64,000 bases of DNA from Planctomycetaceae bacterium. Its GTDB lineage: Bacteria; Planctomycetota; UBA1135; GCA-002686595. Shown in pieces: positions 54,336 through 63,599 of the stretch (positions are counted from its first letter, which is position 1; each line of letters begins with the position of its first letter). Location: NCBI GenBank assembly GCA_016125265.1, contig WGMC01000028.1, positions 112,700 through 176,699 on the forward strand, written 5' to 3'. The notes under the pieces are model-generated. The model made no database searches. It was not told where the DNA came from and saw only the letters and a list, made by a program, of their open reading frames with translations. A program made the position numbers and the translations under genes.

Positions 54336-57095
54336 CTACTGGACCCGGCGGCGCAGGGCTAGGCTGCGGGACCCGGGACCCGCGGCGGCCTGTTGCAAGA
54401 GGGTGAGGACCCCGCCGGCACCGGCGTCCAGCCCATAGAGGCGCACTTCCCCCGTGCTCTGCACGCCAGCGAACAGCCGCGTGCCGCTGCCGTCGATCGC
54501 GAGACCCCGCACGGTGCCTCCGGTGGCCGTGGGAGGCCCGAGCAGGATCGGCGTGCCGTCCGGCGTGACGTCCTGGGGGTTCAGGTTGAGCGCCAGACGG
54601 TGCAGGTTGCCCTGCCCCTCGTCGGCCACGTACACGAGCCGCCCGAATCGCTCGACCACCAGGTCCGCCGGGTTCGGCGGCACCCCGCCCGTGTCGAGGT
54701 CGACCTCGGTCAGCAGCGTGAGGGCCCCCGAAGCCGCGTCGACCTGGTAGGCGCTGACGGTGCCCGAACTGCGGTTGGCGGCGAACACAAAACGACCCGT
54801 GGGGTCGAAGGCCACCGCGAAGGGTGAAAAACCGGCGGCGACGGTCGGCGGACTGAGGGGCGTCAGGGCGCCGCTCGCACCGTCGACGCGGAACCCGCGC
54901 AGCTCTCCCGCGACGTTGTTCGCCACCCACAGGAACTGGCCCGTCGGATCGATCGCACCGCCCCGGGCGCTGCCGCCGAGCGACGTCGCGCCGACCGCCG
55001 TCGGATCGCCCGCCGCGGACAGGCTGTAGTGCACCACCTCGCCGGGACTTCCCGTGCGGATCGCGTACAGGTTGCGGCCCGCCGGATCCACGAGGACCGC
55101 GTGCACGTCGCCGTTGTCCGCCGATGCGTCGCCAATCTCCAAGAGGGCCGGCGCACCCAGCGCGCCGCCCGTGCCGATCGGATAGACACGCAGGTCAGCG
55201 CCGCCGGGATCCTGGAAGTCCGCCGCGTAGAGGCGCGCGAGGCGCGGGTGCACCGCGACCCAGTTCGGGTTCGCGCCGCCGTCCACACTGGGGGGTGCGA
55301 GCGACGTGAGTTGGTCGGTCGAGCCGTCGAAGGCGAACTGCGAGACCTCGCCGCTGTCGAAGTTGGCGCTGTAGAGGGCCGTGTCCTCGCTCTCCGCCGC
55401 CGCCGCACCGCCCAGGATGGCGAGCGCACGCGCACCCGGTCGCAGGCGCACGCGGTCGACGGGCAGGCCGCCGAGGGTCGCCGCGGTGAACGCGCCGGAC
55501 CCATCCAAGGAGCCGCCCGACAGTTCGGACGCACCCGCATACACGACGAACGCCGTGCTGCGGTCGGCGGAGATGGCGAGCCCCACGGGCTGCGGCCCGC
55601 CGGTCGCCTGGCCGGGTGTCGAGAGCTGCCCCGTCGCGCCGCTCACGAGCACACGCGTGACGATGCCGAAGCCCCCTAGGCAGGCGTACACGATGCGCGA
55701 GCCGCCGAAGTTCGCCGCGACCAACGCGTCCGGGCTGGAGCCCGCGCCGAACGGACCGACGGCGACCGACGTGAGGCTGCCCCCAGCCCCGACCGCCAGG
55801 GATTGCAACGAGCCGCCGCCGGTGTTCGCGACGACCACGTAGAGCTGGCCCGCATTGCCCGCGACGGCCACCAGATCGCGCGGGCCAGTGCCCACGGTCA
55901 CCAGGCCCGCACCCGTCGCGCTGGGCAGGCCGGAGCCGAGCAACGCCAGGGACGTCACCGCACCGGCGCCCTCCAAACTGACGAACAACCGGTCCCCACC
56001 GGGCGAGAGCAGGAGCCCGTGCGGCCCCTGGGCTCCCGCTCCCGTGCCGGGAACGGCGACGGGACTGCCGGCGACGGGCGACAGGGCGCCGCCCGCGCCG
56101 ACGGAGAACGCGACCACCTGGTCGAGCGCCGCCAGCGACACGTAGAGGCGCGTGCCGTCCGCCGTCAGCGCCAGTTGGCGCGGGTCCGAACCGCCGGGCA
56201 GCGCGAAGGGGGAACCGACGATGGGTGTCAGGTGCCCATCGGCGCCCGAGACCTCGAACACCGCGACGGAAGGCGTATCGCCGCTCAGGCAGAAGAGGTG
56301 CGTGCCGTCGGGCGCGAGCACCAGGTCCCGCGGTCCCGCGGGCGCGGGCACGTGGCCCACGTGCCGCGTGAGCCCCGTGTCGGCGTCGATCACGAGCCGC
56401 GAGATCGTGGCGTCGCCGCCGTTCGCGACGAACAGGAACCGCGGCACGTCGCCGAGCCCGGGGCCACCTTGCAGCACCGTCAGTGTGAGGTCGAACTCGG
56501 TGGATGCGCCGAGGCAGTTCGACGCGGTGATCCGGTAGGTCGCAGCCGGGCTCTCCGCCTCGGGGGTGCCGCTCAACACACCCGTGATCGGATCGAGCAC
56601 GAGGCCCGCGGGGAGGCTCGGGTCGACGGCGAACGACGACGCCACACCGTCGAGGATGGGCCCGTTGGGCGCGATTGCGACTCCCGAGGTGTAGGTCGGA
56701 GCGGGCGCCGCGTACGTCAGGTTCGCGGGCGGCGCCGGGGTCAGGACCTCGATCGAGATCTCGGCTTCGGTGGAACCCACCGGGCCGAAACCCGTGACCG
56801 TGTGCACGGTCGGCACCGCCGCTGCGCTGGCCGCGCCCGAGATCACCCCGGTGTTCGGGTTCAGCGACAGGCCGGGCGGGAGGGGCGGAGCGACGCTCCA
56901 CTGGTCGATGACCCCGGTGAAACTCGGCGCGTTCGGCGTCACCGCCACGCATGCCGTGTAGACCGGCGCCGGGTCGGCGTAGACGAGGTCCGTGGGCGGT
57001 GTGGTCACGAGGAACGTGCCCGTGCCGCTGCCACACGCACCCAGCACGAGGGCCAGGGGGCCCGCCAGCCAGCGCATCCGCGCAAGTGCTGCCAT
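54336..57095 (-). CDS. Lipoprotein with Ig-like repeats and a lactonase-type beta-propeller (paralog 2).
   Basis: Start at the internal ATG (MAALARMRWLAGPLALVLGACGSG). It has the same architecture as paralog 1 (WSVAPPLPPGLSLNPNTGVISGA; RLYVSLAALDQVVAF; SAYQVDAASGALTLL). Confidence 0.7.
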   Translation of the reverse strand: MAALARMRWLAGPLALVLGACGSGTGTFLVTTPPTDLVYADPAPVYTACVAVTPNAPSFTGVIDQWSVAPPLPPGLSLNPNTGVISGAASAAAVPTVHTVTGFGPVGSTEAEISIEVLTPAPPANLTYAAPAPTYTSGVAIAPNGPILDGVASSFAVDPSLPAGLVLDPITGVLSGTPEAESPAATYRITASNCLGASTEFDLTLTVLQGGPGLGDVPRFLFVANGGDATISRLVIDADTGLTRHVGHVPAPAGPRDLVLAPDGTHLFCLSGDTPSVAVFEVSGADGHLTPIVGSPFALPGGSDPRQLALTADGTRLYVSLAALDQVVAFSVGAGGALSPVAGSPVAVPGTGAGAQGPHGLLLSPGGDRLFVSLEGAGAVTSLALLGSGLPSATGAGLVTVGTGPRDLVAVAGNAGQLYVVVANTGGGSLQSLAVGAGGSLTSVAVGPFGAGSSPDALVAANFGGSRIVYACLGGFGIVTRVLVSGATGQLSTPGQATGGPQPVGLAISADRSTAFVVYAGASELSGGSLDGSGAFTAATLGGLPVDRVRLRPGARALAILGGAAAAESEDTALYSANFDSGEVSQFAFDGSTDQLTSLAPPSVDGGANPNWVAVHPRLARLYAADFQDPGGADLRVYPIGTGGALGAPALLEIGDASADNGDVHAVLVDPAGRNLYAIRTGSPGEVVHYSLSAAGDPTAVGATSLGGSARGGAIDPTGQFLWVANNVAGELRGFRVDGASGALTPLSPPTVAAGFSPFAVAFDPTGRFVFAANRSSGTVSAYQVDAASGALTLLTEVDLDTGGVPPNPADLVVERFGRLVYVADEGQGNLHRLALNLNPQDVTPDGTPILLGPPTATGGTVRGLAIDGSGTRLFAGVQSTGEVRLYGLDAGAGGVLTLLQQAAAGPGSRSLALRRRVQ

Positions 57096-57193
57096 GGATC
57101 GGGTACCGGGTCGGGCGGGGCGTCGGTGTTGCATCGCGTTGGCGCCGCGGGGTGGCGCAGCGGGGCCCAGGATAGCCCCGGTCCCTCCCGCGA

Positions 57194-59578
57194 TCACTCG
57201 AGTACGTCGCGCACGGCCAGGCCCCGCGGCTGGGCGCCGCCGGCCGGAATCTGCTGCTGCCCGCTGAGGGCCCCCGTCAAGGGGTCCACCGCGAGGACCT
57301 GCAAGAGGTTCGCCGCCCGGTTCGAGACCACCAGCCAACGCCCGCTCGCATCGATCACGAGGTTTCTGGGATCGGCGACGACGCCGAATGTGCCGCGCGA
57401 CGTCAGGCCGCCGGTCGTCGGCTCGATCTCGAAGATCGAGAGGTTGGCCGAGCCGCTGTTGGCCGTGTAGAGGTACCGCCCATCGGGTGTGATGGCGATC
57501 TGGAACGGCGCGCTACCGGCGGCCAGGGGCGCGTCGGAGAAGGGCAGCAGCGCGCCGGTGGTCGCGTCGATGCGGAAACCCTGCACCGTGCCGGCCGTGT
57601 TGTTCAATGCGTAGGCGTAGCGCCCGCTCGGGTCGACCGCCACGTCGACGGTGCCATTGCCCGCGGCGCTCAAACCAACCGGCGCGAGCAAACCGTCGAC
57701 GGCGTCGATGCGGTACGCGCGCACGGCGGCGGAAAAACTCTCGGCGACGTACACGAAGCGACCCGTCGGATCCACGGCGAGTCCGCGCGGGAATGAACCC
57801 GGCGACGCGGGCGCCGGCGTGAGCGCTGTCGTCTGGCCGGTCAGTCCGTCGATTCCGTAGGGTTGCACGGCCGCGCCGCCGAAGAGCGACGCGTACGCAA
57901 AGCGCCCGGAGCGCTCGAACTCGACGTCGAAAGGCGCACCCGCGTTGGCCGTCGGCGAGCCCAGCGCGGCCACGGCCCCCGTGGACGCATCGACGCTGAG
58001 CCGCGTCAGCGATTGGCCCGTGAAGTTGGCGCTGAGCCCGAAGGGCGCGCTTGGGTGCAGCGCGATCGCCACCGGGCCGGGCGCGGTGTCGGCCACACTC
58101 GCCAGCGGCGAGAGCAAGCCCGCCGCGGAGTCCAGTTGGAATCCGCGGACCTCGGCGGCGCCCTCGAGCGCCAGGTAGATCTGGGGCGAGCGCGGCAAAC
58201 GGGGCGCACCCGCGCTCGACAGCGCCAGGCCGAAGGCCGGACCGCGGGTGCGGATGCTCGCGAGCGGCGAAAGTGTGCCGTTCGCTGCCTGGATCGAGTA
58301 GGAGCGCACCTCGCCGGCCGCGGGCACGAGCGCGAGCAACACGGTGCCGCTCGGATCGACCAGGAGTTGGCTCGGGCCGCCCGGGCACGGCACCGAAGGC
58401 GGCTGCAGCGCGTTCGGAATGCCCGTGGTGCCGAGGCGGAACTGCAGCACGGTCCCGTGGGCCGCGTCCGCCACGTAGAGGTGCGAACCGCCCGGCGCGA
58501 CGAAGAGGGACGTCGGTTGCGCCCCGGCGGGCAGCGCCGGTGCCGCGAACGAAGCGAGCGCGCCGGTGGCGGCGTCTACGGTGTAGGCGACGAGCTCCGG
58601 ACCCACCCCCGTCGCGTAGGCCAACGTGCCGGCGGGGTTGAAAACCAAATCGGTGGGCCCGTCCGGCAGGTCCACCGGGCCGAGGGGAAAGAGCCGCCCC
58701 GACGACGCGTCGATCTGGAAGCGCACGGCCGAACCCACGGCTCCGCCGATGGCGTAGAGGTGGCTGCCCGCGGGATGCACGACCAACTTCGTGACACGCG
58801 AGCCCGCGGGCACGATGGGCGGAAGCAGCGGTGTCAGCGCACCCGTTGCACCGTCGATCGCGAACTGCGAGATGTTGTTCGAGCCTGCGTTGCCCACGTA
58901 CAAGAAGCGACCGCTGTTCTCGATGCAGAGGCTGCCCGGCGCCAGGCCCGTGTCGCTGGATCCCAGCAAGCTGAGTTTGCCGCTCGCCGCACTCACACCC
59001 ACCTGGTGCACCTTTCTGGCGGCCGTGTCGACCGCGTAGACCCAAGGGTTCGAGGGGTGCACGGCGGTCGCGCGCGGTTCGCCGCCGAGGTGCACGTAGG
59101 AGCGCTGGCGCAACACGCCGGTGTCTGCATCGACGTGCAGGCACGAGAGCGAACCCTCGAGCGCATCGGCGGTGAACGCGAACTCCGGGAAACTCGGGAC
59201 GTTCTCTTCGAGTGTCGAGACGACCAGATTGGAGAGGCGGAGGTCCTCGATGCCGCCCGGTGCCATCAGGCCGAGCGCCTGCGCGAAGATGTTCACGCCG
59301 ACCAGGCCGGGCAGCGCCGGCACGGGCACGGTCCAGCGGTGTGTGCCATCGCCGGGCAAGGCCAGGAACGCCGGACCGGCGCCGACGTAGATCGTCCCGA
59401 GCTGCCCGAGCGGCACGCCGCCGGGGATCGCGATCGTGTCGAGCAGCAGCGAATCCGCGGGTCCCGGCGGCGCGATCGAGCCGACCAGTTCGTAGACGAG
59501 CGGTTGCCCGATGCGACTCGGGGAAACCAGCGTCAACTGGAGCGCCGCGGCTGCGGCGAAGAGGGCGGATGCGGCCAT
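57194..59578 (-). CDS. Lactonase-type beta-propeller repeat protein (paralog 3, without clear Ig repeats).
   Basis: Start at the internal ATG (MAASALFAAAAALQ). It has multiple propeller blades (FLYVGNAGSNNISQFAIDGATGALTPL; HLYVADAAHGTVLQFRL; RYLYTANSGSANLSIFEIEPTTGGLT). Confidence 0.65.
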   Translation of the reverse strand: MAASALFAAAAALQLTLVSPSRIGQPLVYELVGSIAPPGPADSLLLDTIAIPGGVPLGQLGTIYVGAGPAFLALPGDGTHRWTVPVPALPGLVGVNIFAQALGLMAPGGIEDLRLSNLVVSTLEENVPSFPEFAFTADALEGSLSCLHVDADTGVLRQRSYVHLGGEPRATAVHPSNPWVYAVDTAARKVHQVGVSAASGKLSLLGSSDTGLAPGSLCIENSGRFLYVGNAGSNNISQFAIDGATGALTPLLPPIVPAGSRVTKLVVHPAGSHLYAIGGAVGSAVRFQIDASSGRLFPLGPVDLPDGPTDLVFNPAGTLAYATGVGPELVAYTVDAATGALASFAAPALPAGAQPTSLFVAPGGSHLYVADAAHGTVLQFRLGTTGIPNALQPPSVPCPGGPSQLLVDPSGTVLLALVPAAGEVRSYSIQAANGTLSPLASIRTRGPAFGLALSSAGAPRLPRSPQIYLALEGAAEVRGFQLDSAAGLLSPLASVADTAPGPVAIALHPSAPFGLSANFTGQSLTRLSVDASTGAVAALGSPTANAGAPFDVEFERSGRFAYASLFGGAAVQPYGIDGLTGQTTALTPAPASPGSFPRGLAVDPTGRFVYVAESFSAAVRAYRIDAVDGLLAPVGLSAAGNGTVDVAVDPSGRYAYALNNTAGTVQGFRIDATTGALLPFSDAPLAAGSAPFQIAITPDGRYLYTANSGSANLSIFEIEPTTGGLTSRGTFGVVADPRNLVIDASGRWLVVSNRAANLLQVLAVDPLTGALSGQQQIPAGGAQPRGLAVRDVLE

Positions 59579-59698
59579 GGGGCGGGAGGGCGTGGGAGCG
59601 CCCCGGGACTCGAAGAAGTCTAGACCCACTTCGGCGGGCGGGTCGGGCTGGCCGGTAACGGCTGGGTCGATCGCCGCCGGGATCGCCCTGGGCGGCCC

Positions 59699-60514
59699 TC
59701 AGCCGAGGCCCATCTCGTCCACGCCGTGCTCGTCGAACCCCAGGGCGTGCCCCAACTCGTGGTAGAGGGTCACGCGGATCTCCTCGGCCAGTTCGTCGCC
59801 GTCGAAGGTCGCCCGCTCGAGGTTGCGTTGGAACAGGTAGATCGCCGCCGGCGGCCCGCCGCCGCCCTCCACGGGGCGATCCAGGTCCGAATACCCCACG
59901 AACAGCCCGAGCACGTCGCCGGGGGTGTCCCAGGGGGCTTGGGAGGCCAGTTCGCGGCGCGGCACCGCGTCGATCAGCACCGGAAAACGCTCCAAGGCGC
60001 GCTGGAACTCGGGCGGGAGCTCGCCCGCGGCCTCCGCGACCACCGCCTCGAAGTCGGCGGTCGAGAGGTGGTGGGGGGGCGGAACGTGGTCGGGTTCCAG
60101 CTCGGACGCCAGCCGCTGCCAGCGGTCGGCCTCCTCGGGCCGGTCGAGCAGGTCGCACACCAGCGCCAGGCGCTCGGCGGCGCGCGCGAACTCCGGATCC
60201 CCCTCGAACAGGCGCCGGTAGTTGGCCTCGGCGTCCTCGAGCCGCCAGTTGCAAAGCGCCCACTCCGCCTCCGCGTACAAGAGGTCCCCGTCGTCCGGGG
60301 GGAGCTCGCGCCGGGCCCGCGCCAGCTCGCGGTCGACTTCGTCGAAGGCGCCGAGCTCGAGGTGCGAGAGCGCGGCGATCACGCCAGCCTCGGGCGGCGC
60401 TTCCCCTGCCCGTTCGGCGCGGCGCAGGACGTCGAGGGCCCGGGCCGCTTCGCCCTCCTCGAGCGCCCGCCAGGCCCGCTCGGACGGGGAATCGTCGGCG
60501 TTTTGGTCCTTCAA
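59699..60514 (-). CDS. TPR-like + zincin-like metallopeptidase-domain protein (PF06262-like HExxH). The start is uncertain (a TTG overlapping the uspA stop is proposed).
   Basis: The C-terminus YHELGHALGFDEHGVDEMGLG is the minimal zincin motif of the DUF1025/Zincin_1 family. It is preceded by TPR-like helical repeats. The ORF's N-terminal 200 aa overlaps uspA in another frame and is composition-junk. Confidence 0.5.
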   Translation of the reverse strand: MKDQNADDSPSERAWRALEEGEAARALDVLRRAERAGEAPPEAGVIAALSHLELGAFDEVDRELARARRELPPDDGDLLYAEAEWALCNWRLEDAEANYRRLFEGDPEFARAAERLALVCDLLDRPEEADRWQRLASELEPDHVPPPHHLSTADFEAVVAEAAGELPPEFQRALERFPVLIDAVPRRELASQAPWDTPGDVLGLFVGYSDLDRPVEGGGGPPAAIYLFQRNLERATFDGDELAEEIRVTLYHELGHALGFDEHGVDEMGLG

Positions 60515-60954
60515 CTCGCGGGCGGGAAGACGAGGACGGGCACACGCGAGTGCCGCACCACACCCTCGGCCACACTGCCGAGCACCATGCGGCGCAGGCC
60601 CGTGCGCCCGTGCGTCGACATCGCGATCAGGCCCACGCCCTTTTGCGCAGCGACCTCCGCGATGGACTCGGCGGCGTTGGTCGAGGGCAGGACCAGGGTC
60701 TCCACGTCGACCCCGGCCAGGGCGGCGCGTTCCGCCTCCAGGGCCTCGGTCGCGCCCTGCAACATGGCGCTGCGGTCCAGCGAGGGCAGGGGACCGGCCA
60801 GCGGCGCGCCGTAGGGCACGATCGGGATGTCCTCCACGATGTGGAGCAGGAGGATCGACGCGCCCCCCTCGCGGGCCATTTGCACGACGGGCCCGTAGGC
60901 CCGGCGGGATTCCGTGGAGAGGTCGCTGGTCAGCAGAATCTTGCGGAGTTTCAT
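60511..60954 (-). CDS. uspA: Universal stress protein (UspA family).
   Basis: 147 aa with the UspA fold signature (MKLRKILLTSDLSTES..., GLIAMSTHGRTGLRRMVLGSVAEGVVRHSRVPVLVF). Confidence 0.85.
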   Translation of the reverse strand: MKLRKILLTSDLSTESRRAYGPVVQMAREGGASILLLHIVEDIPIVPYGAPLAGPLPSLDRSAMLQGATEALEAERAALAGVDVETLVLPSTNAAESIAEVAAQKGVGLIAMSTHGRTGLRRMVLGSVAEGVVRHSRVPVLVFPPAS

Positions 60955-61140
60955 CGGCCGTCCGGGCGCGGGGAGTGGGGGAGCCAGGGCCGGCCTGGGT
61001 GGGCGGCCCCCGGTCCGCATGTTCGCCCCCGGACCTTTCTCGGGCAAGCGCTCCCAAGCTCGCGGCGGCTTGACTTGTACGAGAGGCGTGGCAAGATTGT
61101 TCGAGTTCTGCGCACTTGCTGGCCCCGCGCCTCCCCAACC

Positions 61141-62490
61141 ATGGCCCACCCGCTGCTGACGCTTCTGTTCCTCGCTCCCTTGGCTCCGGGATTTCCCTCG
61201 GACGCCGGCGACGCCCCGTGCAACGAGGGCGCGCCCCCGAACGTGCTTGTCATCGTGCTCGACGACATCGGCACCGAGTTCCTCTCGGCCTACGGCATCG
61301 GTCCCGACCTCGCCGTCACTCCCAATATCGATCGCCTCGCGACCGAGGGCACCATGTTCACGGACTGCTGGGCGATGCCGCTGTGTTCGCCCACGCGCGC
61401 CGCGTTGCAGACGGGGCGCTTCGGCTTTCGCACCGGCGTCGGTGGTCTGGTGCCCAACGGCGGCTACGCACTGCCGCTGTCGGAAGTCACGTTGCCGGAG
61501 ATGTTGGACGTGGGCACGGGCGGGCTCTACGAACACGCCGTCATCGGCAAGTGGCACCTCGGCAACCCGAGCGTGGGCGGCGACTTCGCGCCGAACCTGG
61601 CGGGCTACGGACACTTCGTGGGTTCGGTGCACAACTTCGTGTTGCCCGACACGTTTTTCAGTTGGGCCAAGATCACCAACGGCGTGAAGGCGCCCTGCGC
61701 CGGGTACGCGACCACGGTGGTCGTCGACGAGACACTTGCCTGGATCGCCAATACGACGGGACCGTGGTTCGCGACGTTGAACTTCCACGCGCCACACTGG
61801 CCCTGGCACACGCCGCCCGAGAACCTCTACACCACGTCGCTCCTCCACGCGCCGCCGATCTCGGTGAGCCCGCGGCCCTACGCCAAGGCGATGCTCGAGG
61901 CGGTGGACGCGGAAATCGGGCGGTTGCGCCAAGGCCTGGGGCCGGTGTTCGACGACGCACTCGTGATCCTCGTCGGCGACAACGGAACGGACAACCTGGT
62001 GGTGACGGCGCCCTACTCCGCCGCGAAAGCCAAGGGCTCCGTCTTCGAGGGAGGCATCCGTGTGCCCCTCATGGTGCGCGGCCCGGGTGTGGCGACCGGT
62101 GTCAGCGCGGGCCTGGTGTCGGTGGTCGACATCTTTCCCACGGTCGCCGATGCGGCCGGTGTGGATCTCGAGGCCTGCATGGGGGGAGTGACGCTGGACG
62201 GCCTCTCCCTGTGGCCCTACTTGCAAGACCCGGCCGAGCCGTCGCTGCGCAAGTACCTGTTCACGGAACTGACGTGGCCCAACGGGCTCCTTCCGCCGCT
62301 CAGCTACGAGCGCACCGTGCGCGAGAAGCGCTACAAGTACATCAAGAGCACCACGATCGGCGAGCACCTCTACGACTTGCAGCTCGACCCGCTCGAGAAC
62401 CAGAACCTGCTCGACGGCCCGCTCAACCCGGAGCAAAAACGCGCGCTGCGGCGCCTGCGCAACGCGCTCACGGACGTGCTGGCTTCTTGA
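61141..62490 (+). CDS. Sulfatase (formylglycine-dependent arylsulfatase family), secreted.
   Basis: Signal peptide, the formylglycine motif CSPTRAALQTGR, and a sulfatase metal-binding block (NVLVIVLDDIG; GKWHLG; GDNGT). Confidence 0.85.
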   Translation: MAHPLLTLLFLAPLAPGFPSDAGDAPCNEGAPPNVLVIVLDDIGTEFLSAYGIGPDLAVTPNIDRLATEGTMFTDCWAMPLCSPTRAALQTGRFGFRTGVGGLVPNGGYALPLSEVTLPEMLDVGTGGLYEHAVIGKWHLGNPSVGGDFAPNLAGYGHFVGSVHNFVLPDTFFSWAKITNGVKAPCAGYATTVVVDETLAWIANTTGPWFATLNFHAPHWPWHTPPENLYTTSLLHAPPISVSPRPYAKAMLEAVDAEIGRLRQGLGPVFDDALVILVGDNGTDNLVVTAPYSAAKAKGSVFEGGIRVPLMVRGPGVATGVSAGLVSVVDIFPTVADAAGVDLEACMGGVTLDGLSLWPYLQDPAEPSLRKYLFTELTWPNGLLPPLSYERTVREKRYKYIKSTTIGEHLYDLQLDPLENQNLLDGPLNPEQKRALRRLRNALTDVLAS

Positions 62491-63151
62491 GCTTGGCTCG
62501 CTTGGCCAGCTTTGCCAGTTTGGCCGGCGCCGCGAAGCTGCAGATCGGGCACACCGCGGGGTCGTGGCCGCGGGCCGGGCAGTGCTCGCGGCCAAAGTAG
62601 ATGATCGCGAGGTGCAGCCAGTTCCAGCGCTCTTGCGCGAAGGTGCGCTTCAGGTCCCGTTCCGTCCGCACGACGCTGGAGCCGTCCGAAAGCCCCCAGC
62701 GTTCGGCGAGCCGGTGGATGTGCGTGTCCACCGGGAACGCGGGCACCCCGAAGGACTGGGCCATCACCACGCTGGCGGTCTTGTGACCCACGCCCGGCAG
62801 GGCTTCGAGCGCGGCGAAGTCCGCGGGTACCTGGCCGCCGTGGCGCTCGACGAGGAGCCGCGAAAGCTCGACGATCGCCTTGGCCTTCTGCGGCGCGAGT
62901 CCGCAGGGCCGCACGATGGCCTGTACGTCGGCGACCGGCACCCGCGCCATGGCGAACGGGTCCCGCGCCCGCGCGAAGAGGGCCGGGGTGACCTGGTTGA
63001 CGCGCACGTCCGTGCATTGGGCGGAGAGCAGCACCGCCACGAGCAGGGTGTAGGGGTCCGTGTGGTCGAGGGGGATTGGCGGCGCGGGATAGAGCGCCTC
63101 CAGCACCTCCACGATGCGTTCCGCCTTTTCCGCCCGTGTCATCCGGCCCAT
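62468..63151 (-). CDS. nth: Endonuclease III (DNA glycosylase/AP lyase, HhH-GPD with [4Fe-4S]).
   Basis: HhH-GPD motif (LPGVGHKTASVV), the catalytic region, and the FeS loop C-x6-C-x2-C-x5-C (CPARGHDPAVCPIC). Its 3' end overlaps the sulfatase 3' end by 23 nt (convergent). Confidence 0.9.
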   Translation of the reverse strand: MGRMTRAEKAERIVEVLEALYPAPPIPLDHTDPYTLLVAVLLSAQCTDVRVNQVTPALFARARDPFAMARVPVADVQAIVRPCGLAPQKAKAIVELSRLLVERHGGQVPADFAALEALPGVGHKTASVVMAQSFGVPAFPVDTHIHRLAERWGLSDGSSVVRTERDLKRTFAQERWNWLHLAIIYFGREHCPARGHDPAVCPICSFAAPAKLAKLAKRAKLKKPARP

Positions 63152-63174
63152 CGGGGGCCTAGTGTAGTGCGCCC

Positions 63175-63594
63175 ATGAAGAGCCCCGAACGAAAGAGCAC
63201 CGAGCAGCGCATCGCCGAGTTCCTCGACGGCACGGTCTACGCCGTGGCCGGAGCGAGCAACGATCGGGGCAAGTACGGCAACATGGTGCTGCGGTGTTAC
63301 GTGCAGGCCGGTCGGCGGGCGCACCCGGTGCACCCCAGCCTAGAGGAGGTGGAGGGGATTGCGGCCTACCGGACCCTGGCCGACCTGCCCGAGCCTGTGC
63401 ACGGGCTCTCGATCATCACGCCGCCGCCCGTCACCGAACGGCTCGTGGAACAAGCCGCGGCGGCGGGCATCCGGCGCCTATGGATGCAGCCGGGCGCGGA
63501 GAGCCAGGCAGCGCTGGACCGGGCGGCCGAGCTGGGCCTCGAAACGATCGCACGCGGGCCGTGCCTGTTGGTGGTCCTGGGCTTCCGCGGCTGA
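63175..63594 (+). CDS. CoA-binding domain protein (YccU-like).
   Basis: 139 aa with a Rossmann-like CoA-binding pattern (VYAVAGASNDRGKYGNMVLR...GIRRLWMQPGAES). Confidence 0.7.
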   Translation: MKSPERKSTEQRIAEFLDGTVYAVAGASNDRGKYGNMVLRCYVQAGRRAHPVHPSLEEVEGIAAYRTLADLPEPVHGLSIITPPPVTERLVEQAAAAGIRRLWMQPGAESQAALDRAAELGLETIARGPCLLVVLGFRG

Positions 63595-63599
63595 CCCGG

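Noticed and set aside
59699-61138. The full 479-aa reading of the zincin ORF starting at ATG 61138.
   Set aside because: Its first ~200 aa overlaps the well-supported uspA gene in another frame and is Arg/Gly/Pro junk. Only the C-terminal TPR + HExxH part is protein-like.
62564-63178. 204-aa plus-strand ORF.
   Set aside because: It is antisense to endonuclease III, which has a complete HhH-GPD/FeS signature.
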